Below are positions 50,381 through 64,000 of a DNA stretch of 64,000 bases, piece after piece. This DNA comes from the human T2T-CHM13v2.0 reference genome, Homo sapiens, in NCBI RefSeq assembly GCF_009914755.1, contig NC_060926.1. One strand, 5' to 3'. How positions within the stretch are numbered: position 1 is the stretch's first letter; each line of letters opens with the position of its first letter. The position numbers and the translations under genes were made by a program. Below the pieces are notes generated by a model, which saw only the letters and a program-made list of their open reading frames with translations, was not told where the DNA came from and did no database searches.

Positions 50381-50936
50381 TATTTTTAAAAATTGAAAAT
50401 ACAGAATGTTAAAATTAAAAAAAGAACATCATATTAGGTAAACAATGGACAAATATCTGTTGAAACAATAAATACCATCAAGTCCAAATTTCTCATTTTA
50501 TTGATGAGAAAATTAAAACTGAAATAAACTTACTTGTTTATGAGCAAATCTAAAGTAATGTTCAGACATCTCTAAGACAGATCACCACTTCTTCAGAGCA
50601 TTCCAGGAAGTTTCTAGTTTTGATGAGGGTGAAGAATTGGGCAAACTATTAGTGGGTGTATAAATTGATACATGATTTTTTGAAGACTAATTTGTCTCTA
50701 TCAAATTTGTGTATGTAAATTCACATGTGACCAAGCAGTTCTATTTCTAGAAATCTGACTTACAGAAGAATGTGCATCTGTGGACAAATATGTATAGAAA
50801 AATGTTCATTAGTTGTAACTGAGAATAATACAATGTAACCTAAATGTCCACTAATGAGGAATTGGTTAAGTAAATTATAGCACAACCATAACTAGGGAAA
50901 TAGCTGTAGCATTAAAAAAAAAAAAAAAAAAAAAAA

Positions 50937-51229
50937 GCTGGGCGCGGTGGCTCACGGCTGTAATCCCAGCACTTTGGAAGGCCAAGGCGGGCGGATCATG
51001 ACGTCAGGAGATCGAGACCATCCTGGCTAACATGGTGAAACCCCATCTCTACTGAAAATACAAAAAAATTAGCCAGGCGTGGTGGCGGGCGCCTGTAGTA
51101 CCAGCTACTCGGGAGGCTGAGGCAGGAGAATGGTATGAACTTGGGAGGCAGAGCCCCTGCAGTGCAGCCACTGCAATCCAGCCTGGGCGACAAGCGAGAC
51201 TCTGTCAAAAAAAAAAAAAAAAAAAAAAG
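50937..51229 (+). mobile_element. AluY within an old L1ME 3' remnant (about 50600-51500), with poly-A on both sides
   Basis: gatcgagaccatcctggctaac; A-run at 50914-50936 upstream and an A tail downstream. Confidence 0.9.
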
Positions 51230-51897
51230 ACGGATTGTTCTCTATGTCCTGAAATGAAAGGATTTTAAAAATATAATGTGAAGTGAAACAAAAGTGATAG
51301 ACGAATAGACATGGCATACATATTTTTGTAAAACACACAGAACAAAATCCCACAACTTTTATGTGCTTATGTGTATATGTAAATATAAATACACACACAT
51401 ATACCAAATATTACCATAAAGTAATCACTTTATAAAAAAATGTAGGTTGAGGGAAGCATATTTACTGATGGGAAGGCATTATTATTTTTAACTTTATGAC
51501 CTGAGTATCACATGAATTTAAAAAAAAAACTATACTAAAATAACCTGTGCATTTGGCAGAGCAAGTTAATTATCCCAGTGTTACAGATGAAGAAGTTAAC
51601 ATTTAAAAACTAGCTTATCCTAGGTCAAATCATAAGTTATTATCAAAGTGGAGTTTAAAATTAGTTTTCTGACTCCTATATATCTTCATTTACATGTTTT
51701 CATCAAGTTAAGAGTCACAAATAGAAGGTGCCTAAATGTAAAAATCAAAAGGACTAAAAGGGGAGAGGAAGATAGTTTTGGAAACTGTTTTAAATACAAC
51801 GCCAAATAGCTAAAGTGATCAAACACGTGTCTGCATTACGTCTCTGAAAAACAGCTTGGCTGATGCTATTTTAACTACCATGATTGTGAGTGATGAT

Positions 51898-52015
51898 AAT
51901 GAAAACTAAGATATTACTCAAATACTCTTTAAATCTCAGACCCAGAGAGGGCCAACAATGAAAACTAAGATATTACTCAAATACTCTTTAAATCTCAGAC
52001 CCAGAGAGGGCCAAC
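51898..52015. repeat. Perfect 59-bp tandem duplication
   Basis: aatgaaaactaag...gagggccaac twice, no mismatches. Confidence 0.97.
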
Positions 52016-52167
52016 ACTGAAGTCTATACCTCAGAAAAAGAGACCTTTTGAGGAAACCATTTAAAAGAGTTATACCACAAGCACATTTTGAGTATATACA
52101 GAAGAATATGTTTTGCTTTTCTCCTCATAGAACACGTTTGGGATTATCTTCTTAAAAAAGATAATCA

Positions 52168-52481
52168 GGCCAAGCAGAGTGGCTCACGTCTGTAATCCCA
52201 GCACTTTGGGAGGCTGAGGCAGGAGGATCTCTTGAGCCCAGGCATTCGAGACTAGCCTAGGCAACATAATGAGACCTTGTCTCTACCAAAAAGAAAAAAG
52301 GAAAAACAAAATAGCCAGGCATGGTGGTGTGCACCTGTAGTCCTAGCTGCTTGGGAGGCTGAGGCAGGAGGATCACTTGAGCCCTGGAGTTCAAGGCTAG
52401 AGTAAGCTATGATTGTGCCTCTGTGCTCCAGCCTGGGCAACACAGCAAGACTCTGTCTCAAAAAAAGGAAAAAAAAAAAAA
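52168..52481 (+). mobile_element. AluJ
   Basis: gaggatcacttgagccc J-type motifs; TSD aaaaaagataatca. Confidence 0.93.
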
Positions 52482-54601
52482 GATAATCATGTCCTCCTAC
52501 AAGTCACATAATGCACCTTTGTAGTGTTTTTCAAACTTTTGATTTTTAAAAAATAACAATTTACAGTACAAATAACATTGTATTATGGCTCAGTACACAT
52601 ATCCTTGATGAAATGTTTTGAGGAATAATGCTGAGCCTAATCAGTGCAAGAGCATTTTGATACTGCCTTTTCTGGTCAATTTTATTCCAATGTATCTTAT
52701 TTCAATAAAAATGTATTGTTGGGCAGGGTGTACTGAAGTGATTTTATAATCTACTAACAAGTTGCAACCAGCAATCTGAAAGCATTGTCTTATTGCATGA
52801 ACAAAGGTCAAATTAAGAAATTAGAGAAACCGATCTCTGTGCTCTTCTTATATATGTACAGCAAATTAGCCTTCTAATGAATTCAGGAATTTAGAGCCAC
52901 TGGTGATAAAATTTCCCTTTTCTGAAGTTTTAGGATTCTAGAGGATATGGAAAATCACTGCACAATACAGCCTGCCATAATGCCTTATCTTCAGAATTGT
53001 GCCATTGAGACTGACCATTCTCAGAGGTTTGTGCTTTTTATTCCCACCATAATTACTGGAAATTTGGGATCGTTCAGTCTGAATTTCTCCTACATGGCAG
53101 TATATTAAATTGTGGGCCAATACAAAACAACTTTTTGGATCCTCTCCAAGCAATATATTTATAGAAAATAATATAATCTATAGATATTAAAGCTTTTATG
53201 CATGATTAATATATTGATAAAAAAATTATAATCTCTCTGCTCAGGACAAAAGTTCGGAAGTCCTCAACATTTACCAAAAAAGTCATGTCGCGATAAAGAG
53301 GGTATTACTTATTATATTTGTTGTTACTTACTTTCTTAAAATTCTGAAATTACATATGCAGTACCTATTTTCAGGGAAATATAAGTAACTACAGATATGC
53401 AGAATTAAAAACAATTCATTTGTTCTCTTACTCCAGCAGTAACAACCAATGTCAACTTTTGAGTCTCTGTGAATGCTTGACATCCCTATTATGGTTCCAC
53501 ACTAGTATGAGAGTTAAGAGAACACAAAACACACAATTAAAAGTAATTCAAAATAACTCAGATCTTTACAATTTTCAAATCTAGGAAGGGGACACAATCT
53601 CCCTTCCTGCCTCCAGAAAATTATCCCATCAATCCACATTTCTCTACATGCAGAAATCTCATATTCTCCTCCTTCAGAACTTTCTCTAGTCCCACTTCTT
53701 CTTGTCTCTCCTACCTTATTTCCAGTGTATATACCGAAATGATTCATGAGGTTGGAATGAGATAATACATGTGAAACTGTTAGTACAAAACCGGCACAAT
53801 GGATAACTACAGGAAGTTCTCTGGAGATGACTTTACATAATTTTGACTTTACATAATAGCTAATTTTCACTTTACGTAATAGCTGTGCCAGATTAGACAC
53901 ATTGCTTAACCTCTCTGTGATTTAGGTTTTCATCTATAAAATAAAAATAACAACTGTACTTACCTCATGAAGCTGTTACAAAGATTTTATGTATTATGGG
54001 AAATTATTAATTTGGAATAGTGCCTAACATGCAGTGAACATTATATAAATATTGGCTCTTGGTATTGTTAAGTAATCGATGAATGGTAGTTATTATCTCG
54101 CTTTATAGCTTGGTATTTTTAACTAAATATTATATCATTAACTGTCTTTTGTAGAAGCATAAATATGCTTCTGCTGTATTATTTTTTAAAGCTCTATATT
54201 ATACTATTGTATGAATATACCCTGAATCCCCTTTCTAAGCTATTTGCAATGTTTGTATTTTTTACTATTATAAATACTGCTGTAATATATACTATGGAAC
54301 ATTCGTTTCATGCATATGATAATCTAAGTCTTAAAATAATACATTTCGTGGTTCAAGAAAATGCATATTTTTAAAACTTTGATACAAATGACTAATTAGT
54401 CTACATGGTGATTTTTACCTATTTATAATCTACCAAGAATAACTGATACTGTTCCAAGCTCATACTTTCTTTCTTACTAGGAGTTATCTGAATATGTTTT
54501 TAATTTATAAAGTTGTATGTCATTGATTATAAGTAATGTCAAGTATTTTTTGCAGATTTCTTGTATAAATGTTCAATTCTTTTTAATTAAAATTATTTTA
54601 A

Positions 54602-55237
<636 letters not shown>

Positions 55238-55727
55238 AGAAAATGATCTTTTTCTTATATTTTATTTTGTATTTGTTATGTCATGTTTAAAAAGGCAGTC
55301 ATCATTCTGTAATTTTTATCTCTATATTTTTTCCTAGTACTTCCAGTTATATCACATGTTTTTAAATTTTTAATCTATAATTCATCAATCTGTATAGGTC
55401 TATCTAAATATAGACTATATATAGTCTATCCTATGCTCTTTAGACTTTTAATGTACTACCCATCTTATGCCTTTTGTTTTATTGTAGGGATCTAACATTA
55501 TCTTATTCCATAAGTGAGCCATTTATTCATACTCTCTTTGTTAAATAATCTATGCTTTTGTCATTTTTAAAAAATGTCACCTTTGTAAAAACTAAATCAC
55601 TGTAGACATTTGCCTCCAAATGTCTAACTTTGTTAGATTCCATTTAATCAATACCATTCTGAACCAGTTATACACTGTTTTAATAATTATTACTTTTTAA
55701 CATTTTAATACTTGATAGGGAAAATGA

Positions 55728-56067
<340 letters not shown>

Positions 56068-56828
56068 TCATCTGGCTATTTTATTAAATGTATTTTTAAG
56101 ATATTCTTTAGAAAAGAAAGCATTGGTAATTGATTAAATATAGTTAAAAATATAGCTTAATTTTAGAAAAACTGACATTTTCAAAGCATGGGCATTTCTA
56201 TCTTAGAATGCAGTAGTTCCCTATTCATTTAATTTTGTGGTTACATATTGGTGAAATATTGTAGCTTGATTCTTTTAAATTATCAGCAACTAGTTGTTAA
56301 CATCAGAATCTGTCTTTTTTTCTGTTCCCTCATCCTCTCTGTTTTCTAGTCAATGAAATTACATACTTCTTAAATACATATAACATCCTTATTAAAGAGG
56401 AAAATAATTATCCTGTGTGACAGTTACTCAAGAAATACTGAAATCAGAACAAAACTTGTAGGTATTTCCGTGGTCATAATGCTCTATCAGCTCCGTTATA
56501 ACAAAATTCATGGGTAAAAATATTTTAGATAGACCAAAAATAACTGTCTTCAGTGAGATAGTAATATATACAAATTATTTTTTAAAATATTTTTGTATGT
56601 TTTTATAACTCATCATAAATTAATAGAGTGACTATTTCTTTGGAAAGTGCCCATGGTAATGGAGAGATGCAGCCATGATAATATTATAAATTGTTGAGTA
56701 ATATATAAAATTTATATTGGCTTCAGAAATGAAATCTTTACATGTCTGATATTTAGTGAACTCACATTTATTTTAATATAATGGACAAAAACGTGGCTTG
56801 GCACAAGAAAAGTTGACCTGTATCCAGT

Positions 56829-56894
56829 TACCCCTTCTTATCCTCTTTCATCTCTGTACTGTACCCCTTCCTATCCTCTTTCATCCCTATACTG
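56829..56894. repeat. 33-bp tandem duplication (3 mismatches)
   Basis: taccccttc(t/c)tatcctctttcatc(t/c)ct(g/a)tactg twice. Confidence 0.9.
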
Positions 56895-56907
56895 TTTACT
56901 TAATTAT

Positions 56908-57209
56908 TTCTTTTCTTTGTCTTTTTTTTTTTTTTTTTTTTTTTTGAGACAGAGTCTCCCTCTGTCGCGGCGTGATCTTGGCTCACTGCAAGCTCCGCTT
57001 ACAGGGTTTATGCCATTCACGTGCCTCAGCTTCCCGAGTAGCTGGGACTATAGGCGCCCGCCACCACACCCGACTAATTTTTTGTATTTTTAGTGGAGAC
57101 GGGGTTTCACTGTGTTAGCCAGGATGGTCTCGATCTCCTGACCTGGTGATCCACCTGCCTCAGCCTCCCAAAGTGCTGGGATTACAGGCGTGAGCCACTG
57201 CGCCCAGCC
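56908..57209 (-). mobile_element. AluY with an approximately 17-bp right-arm deletion
   Basis: TSD tacttaattatttcttt; ctgtcgc|ggcgtgatc junction. Confidence 0.92.
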
Positions 57210-57749
57210 TACTTAATTATTTCTTTAACCAAATTGATTAATTTGAAAAAGAATATAATACATTTCAATAATTTTAAGGCAAAACTTTAAGGAGAATATC
57301 TTTCTTCATGCTTGCTAAATTCTCAAACCGTTAGAGTGGTATGTAAGTGCTTGCTTTTCCTAGAATAAAATCTCACACTTCTTTCCATTTCTGTAGCCAA
57401 AATAGTATGGCTGTCCTATTCATCAGAAGCATGTCACATGTAGGTAATTTTGAAATTTTCTCTTTGATAGTCAAATATAGTTACTCTAATGACAGTCAGC
57501 TCTTCTGCTGTGAAGACACAAATAATTCAGAATAAGTTGTCATCACTACCAAAATAACAAAATTATTTTACTGGTAGAACTTTCAGATATATCTGACTGT
57601 TCTTCTCAATGTCCTATTAGTAATCCTTCAAATGTGGAGTATTCATTTTCTGATCCCTCTGCTTAGAATAGCTATCTGCACAACACCCCACAGTTTCCAT
57701 TCTCTCAATCTATATCTGTATCTGTATAATCTATAACTATATATGTAGT

Positions 57750-57751
<2 letters not shown>

Positions 57752-57785
<34 letters not shown>

Positions 57786-57820
57786 ATGACAGACAGATGA
57801 TAGAGAGAGAGAGAGAGAAA
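57752..57820. repeat. (CA)n and (GA)n microsatellites
   Basis: Direct reading. Confidence 0.93.
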
Positions 57821-60800
57821 GATAAGAGAACTTGTTGAAACTGAGGTTCTTAAATTGAGTTAGAGGTGGGACCAAATCTCTAGTTACCTAATGTCCCAGT
57901 TTAATATTCTTTTTGATCATTTCCAACATTCCTCACCTTTGTCTTGTATCTAACCCACAGTATGGCCACAGAACAGGAACAATTTTATATATACCTTTAT
58001 GCCCCTGAAGCCCTTGGCTTGTCATTAAGTAATAGCTCCTGAATCCCATTAAACTGTAATATACAGAGTATTTTAAATATATACATCTCCTGTAGTTAAA
58101 ATGAAACAACTTGTTCTTTTAAATCTTTGAGAAAAGTCATTAAATTACAACAAATATTATCAACTTATGTCAAAATGAAGAACACATCAGGGAAGATTTT
58201 TCTCATTTTCTACCGGTAAATTATTGGGGCACTTTTTGAAATGGTCAGTGTAATCAAGTAATTAGCTCATTGTAATGTTTACTTTAATTTTACAATATCT
58301 CCAGAAACCATAAATCCAAAAAAGGAAAAATGGGAATAATTGAAATCAATAAGAAGGCTTATGGATGTGCAAAGTTATTAGTAAAATACAAGGGTTTTAA
58401 TTAAAGATGTTGGCGTGTACAAAGACTCGCTGTTATCCTGATTGATGGGGCCTGCTGGCTCAGCTCTTTCCCTGTTCCCCATTAGCTCCCACTTGCTCTT
58501 CTCTGCTCTAATTGGATATTTACCACATCGGCACCTTCTTTTTAAACAACATTTGTTCCACAAAGAATGTAAATACAATTACACTTTAGACAAATTATAT
58601 GTGTACGCATGTGTGTGAGTATAATTAGTTTATTATCCAAATAATTTGTCATTTTGCTTTCACATTCTACAGGAAACTGTTGAAAATTTCATGGAGAAAG
58701 ATACAATTTAATTTTCAACTGCAACATTTCTTGTTGAAATTTTGAGGAACAAAAATATATAATCATTTTGTTAGATTTTATTATTCTATTTCGAAGGAGT
58801 TCCAGATATACTTTTGAATAAATAAAAGGACATGTATATATGTATGACATTTTTCTTAAGAATAAATAAAATTCATAAGCCAGGCTAAGGTTTTGTTTTT
58901 TTTCCCCTTTACTATTAAACTGAAACTTTTAATATATTGCAAATGTTAAAACCAATTTTCTTCATGCCCAAGCATAATAAATTACTGAGGAAAATGCTAA
59001 ATAAGTTCTAAATTTTCCTAGCATATTCTATAATGTCTGTATGGAAAAAGTAAATGACATAAAATGTTGTTTGGAAAAAGGTTTTATTTTGCCAGTGTAG
59101 TACTACCCATATTAACAATTATCTACAAGAAAAAAATACAGTGCTTATCTTTATTTTACTATTATTCTATTTTTAATTAAAAAAAAAGATTTTGAGATAA
59201 CCTGGCAAGTTCTATTACTTATGATAGTCTAGGAAGACTATCATAAGTAAGTAAGAAGCAAGAGGTAAATCCCATCAAAAGAACTTTTCTTTTGGTTAAA
59301 GTAATGCATTAGTCAGTTTAATGGAGACATTTAAATTAGACATTTAAATGGAGAGAAGTGTATCTGTTCACTCCAGTGGTTAAAGTATGCATTTCTTCAT
59401 TAATTTTGCTGTATTTCAACTTCTACAATAAATAATGTTTTTAACCTATTGTCAAACTCACATTTTTCAATCAGCTTATCAGCAAGAAACATCACTTATA
59501 AAGCAACTTAGAAAACTAAAGAGTGTATTGAGTGGTTATCAGCCTAGAAAACTTCACAATTATGATGACTTTAATGCAAAATGTATGCAAAGTTCAGGAA
59601 AATCAAACTGTAATGTTTGGATATATGCCTTTTTCCCCCTCCTCACTCAAAATGCAGTGACTGAGATAACACCAGGTCTAGCAGGACAAAAGGAATGCGT
59701 AAAATGAAACAACCACCCTTTCTGATAATGGGAGACTGGAGAGAGCTGGCCTGATATTGTGCTTAAAGATAAAAAAGGACATGCAGTATCTACTTTAAAT
59801 GAGATAAGTGTGCTTCATATATCTTGCAGGGACAGAGATAACTTTGTTTCTTTAATCATTATTATTTATTTCTTAAACCTTAGTCTCTCTCATACCTAAA
59901 ACCTGTAGAGCTCATAGGTTACGACTCAGTTCTTATGAATAGAGAGAGTTGTCATTCTTACCTGTAAGCCTGCTAAATAATACTTCTATAAGCTTCAGAC
60001 TTCACATAGCAGATAAGTTTGTCTCCCCTGACACGACTACATTAATCCACTGAATCAATTTACTTAAGCTGTGCTGTGGAGCAATGCAGCCACCATTTAA
60101 CTGAGCTTAAAAGTACTTTCAAGTTTGAGTCACTGCTCCACATGTAACGTAGCTCTCAGTGTCCAATCATAAGTTCTATTTTGACCCTTTGCAACTCTGT
60201 GAGAAATTTTCTTGTTAGGTTTATAGGGTCATGGTGCTCTAACATCCAGAAGGATTTAAGGAGAATAAATTCATGATGTTTTAGAAAATCAGACTCATGA
60301 GTAACACAGGAAGAGGGGAACACTTGGTTAGATTTTACAAGCACAATCTACTTACATTAATATTTACAACATTCTTTAAGTTGAATGAGTTTGTTTTAAA
60401 TAATTTATCTAGAAAATATTTCATATGTTAGGAAAACATTTAAAAAAAACAGCTACTAGTTTCACAGTTTATAGCCTGAACATAATTAAATGCTATGGAG
60501 GAACAATGACACAATTAAATTATTTAACGTGCAATCAAGCTAACTGTGGCACCCAAAAAAGTACACAAAATAACTTGCAAAATGTTACTAAATTTTACTG
60601 AAAATGTACTAACTTTTACTAAAAATATAAAAGATTTTACTGAAATTTCTGTCTGGTAGGTTTGCATAGCCAACTGTTGTTCGTAGTAAGTTGTCGGTTT
60701 GTTCACATTCTTCTTCCATTTAGCTAAATCTATTAAAAACAAAAACAAAAACCTTTTCTTCATTTCTTCTGTTTAAAACCTCTGGCCTCCCACAGACCTT

Positions 60801-62438
60801 CCCTGAAGCTCACTGTTGTTGTGACCGGCTTCTTTGTTTCTCTGTATCTCTATTCAGAGATGTTTTCAATCTGATCACCACTCTTTGCTTCATTTCACCC
60901 TAACAAGTCATTCATTTTCATGAACTTGTTCTCCCAGAGCCTGGGCCATTTGTCTTTAGCGTGGCTTCTCACCATTTAGTGACAAAGAGGATAACTCCCA
61001 GCACATTTGCTAGGAGACACCTGTGGGAAGATGTCAGCACTGATAAGGTGTAGTCTATGAAATATATGCGTCACTTCAGTTTCCTTAGCTGAGGTGTGGG
61101 GCTTTTTAATACTTTTTTCTCTTTTCCCCAATGTATGGAAAGTCTCAAAGAATAATTATCCATAAAAAATAAGGAAATATTTGGTAAATCATGAAGCTGA
61201 ATACTTCCAGAAAAGCCTTCACTAAAGTGAATTTATTTTAGTCATAGGGAAATAGGTCATTTGTAAATAACATCTGATTGTATCTTTCAGACTCTAAAAT
61301 GTACTTTTATATAGTCAATCCACAAAAGCAGAATATTGTCAAAAACTTACATAGCATGTTTTCTGATTTTTTAAAAGTTAAGTCAGGGTCAGATATAAGT
61401 ATATCTTTAGTGGACCTAAGAGTAAATATTATGTTTTAAATAACAGAAGAGTCAGTGGAAATCTAGAGAAAGCCTAAAATAACTGACTTTAAAAAAATGA
61501 ATCGTGTGTTACAACTGTATGGGGTCTCTGGAGGTCTCATATTGTTATGGAATCTCTCGTGAGAGCTAATTCTCAAAAAATACAACCTAAATTCTAAAAT
61601 TGTGATCTTACAATAAGTATATTTTTGAGTAGTTCCAAAATACTTTTTGCCTCAGGATGCTGGGCTCTTTAAATATGGATAAGTAATTTCGCTTTCAAGT
61701 AGCTCAGACTAAGAGAGAGAGAGGACAGGAATGAATGTCAAGGACAGGCAGCCTCCAACCCCACTCCAGGGTTTTTGCTCTTCCATGTCCCAGCCACCAG
61801 GTGTCAGTAGACTTCACAAGGTGGAACTGGCCTACAGGAGTTTGCCTTCCACTTTCATTCATTCAGATTTAAATTGGAATAAGTTTTCTAACAGTATCCT
61901 TTCCAGTTTATTATAATATCGGCTATTATTGATTGGGTTTTGGATATATTAAAAATTATTTAAGAGCTTCAACTGCATTGTTGAATTTCATTGTGCCCCC
62001 CACCCTCCACCGCCAGAAAAAAAAAAAAAAAAAAACAAAAAAAAAAACCCTTAGGTAAGTATACTTATCTCCATTTTATAGATATGGTAATGATATTCTG
62101 AAAGATGAAGTCATTTTCCCATGATAGAAACTGGAAACAACTGAGATTTGTATCTCTTGGCTAATTTCAAATCCAGCTTCCTCGACTACTAAACTGTGTT
62201 ACAAAATACTGTATCCAGGAAACAGTTGTCTCTAGATTAAGAACACTTAGGTTAAAATCCAGGTATTAGCTGTGTAAATTTAGCCCTTTAATCATTTCCT
62301 CTGCTTATATTTCCTCAATTGTAAAATTGGGTTAATGTAACTGCCCTCTTTAACTCACAGGAATATTGTGAAAATGAATTTTTAAAATGGAAATATTTAA
62401 TAAAGTTCTATGTTAACTTGTATACTATTCTAACATTT

Positions 62439-62608
62439 GGCCGGTGTGGTGGCTCACACCTGTAATCCCAGCACTTTGGAAGGCCAAGAAGACAGGATTG
62501 CTTGAAGCCAGGAGTTTGAGAACAGTCTGGGCAACAAAGAGACACCCCATCACTATCAACAGAGTGAAACACTGTCTCTAAAGCAAAATAATATAAAATA
62601 AAATAAAA
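62439..62608 (+). mobile_element. FLAM or AluJ left monomer
   Basis: Single left arm plus a (TAAAA)n tail. Confidence 0.8.
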
Positions 62609-62850
62609 TTTGTACTTGCTTATTAGGTCCATGAATTTGTTGAGTTTAAATTTGGTAGGCTTTGTGGAGTAAGCACAGTGGCCGTTAAGCCAATTTTGGA
62701 TTACAGTAAGGATAGCTTCTATGCTGAAAAATTAGCTGAATTAAGTAATTTCACGTCTGATGATTTGATACATGAATTATAACTTGATGATTTTCTTAGT
62801 CAAGACTTCCTCCCACCTGTGTTTGGTAGCAAGTGAGAAAACTCCATTCA

Positions 62851-63256
<406 letters not shown>

Positions 63257-63504
63257 TCAAAAATTGTTATTCTTTCTTTCCTCAACTCTCTGTATGGCTG
63301 CTTTATTCTTTAGTGACTTTGGGGACTGTTTCTTTCTGCTTCTCAATAACATACGTAGTTCAAAAATGGAAACCTCAATTAGCTTTAACATCTCTTCAGG
63401 TTCAAGTTTCTAAGTTATTGTAACCAGCACTTTTGGATCCCAAATCTAAATTCTCTGGAGAGAGAATTTGACTGGCCCAGTCTAGTCAATTATCCACCCA
63501 TATT

Positions 63505-63735
63505 ACAAGATTTCTCAACCCTCAGTACTATTAACATTTTTATTTGTACTGACTAATGCTTTGTTTGGGTAGGGGTGGAAGAGGCTTTCCTGTGCATTGC
63601 AGGGCATCATCTCTGGTCTCTACTTTACCAGTGCCAGAAGATCATCCCTCCCACCCCTCCTCCATGATATGACAACCCAAATTATCAAATGTCTCCTGTG
63701 GGGCAGAAATCACTTCTGGTTGATAAACACTGCCC
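63505..63735. mobile_element. MER20-like hAT element, adjacent to an old MLT1-type remnant (about 63160-63500)
   Basis: atttctcaaccctcagtactatt ... ctggttgataaacactg ends. Confidence 0.65.
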
Positions 63736-64000
63736 TGTGAAGTAAAGGGTAAAGTGTCCCATAAAACAAACATGGCTACTGGGGCTGACCATCTAGAAGG
63801 GGGTATTTTTCGGAGAAGGCCACGTGTCTGCTTGGCAATTATCCTGAAAGTGGTCTATTATAGAAATAAGAGATGTTGGTGGAAATTATAACTTTTGTGA
63901 AATTTAGCCAACAGAAGCAGATCTACTAAAATAAATTAAAAGGTTCAGAATTTTTAGCACTGTATAAATTGAAGGAAAATTTCAATCAAAGTTAGGGAAA

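Noticed and set aside
51898-52015. Direct repeats considered as a CRISPR-like array
   Set aside because: Only two adjacent copies with no spacers, in primate intronic DNA.
61990-62050. C-rich patch followed by a long A tract (possible retrocopy tail or RNA G-quadruplex)
   Set aside because: No recognisable parent sequence or TSD, and the G-runs support at most a weak two-tier quadruplex.

Overview
Primate (very likely human) genomic DNA from the interior of the ERBB4 (HER4) receptor tyrosine kinase gene, transcribed on the minus strand. Seven coding exons can be read directly, each with canonical AG/GT ends and consistent phase: 41368-41486, 38685-38826, 29825-29938, 28340-28466, 21606-21679, 20392-20482 and 18255-18454. 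From my recall of the ERBB4 structure these are exons 6-12, encoding extracellular domains II and III. The rest is AT-rich intron filled with Alus, old L1/L2/MIR, MaLR and ERV LTRs, an ERVL pol remnant, a near full-length Tigger4-type DNA transposon, microsatellites and a 33-nt U2 snRNA retro-fragment. Nearly all ORFs in the supplied track are repeat or low-complexity artefacts. I see no self-contained new multi-gene system. The best leads concern alternative outputs of ERBB4: (1) a candidate cryptic terminal or poison exon in intron 9 that would give a secreted truncated ectodomain; (2) an inverted Alu pair enclosing exons 11-12, which would form a stop-free 291-nt circle; (3) a sense-oriented MLT1C-like LTR in intron 12 with a strong splice donor. 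Repeat family names come from recalled consensus sequences, not a RepeatMasker run, and the boundaries of old repeats are approximate.
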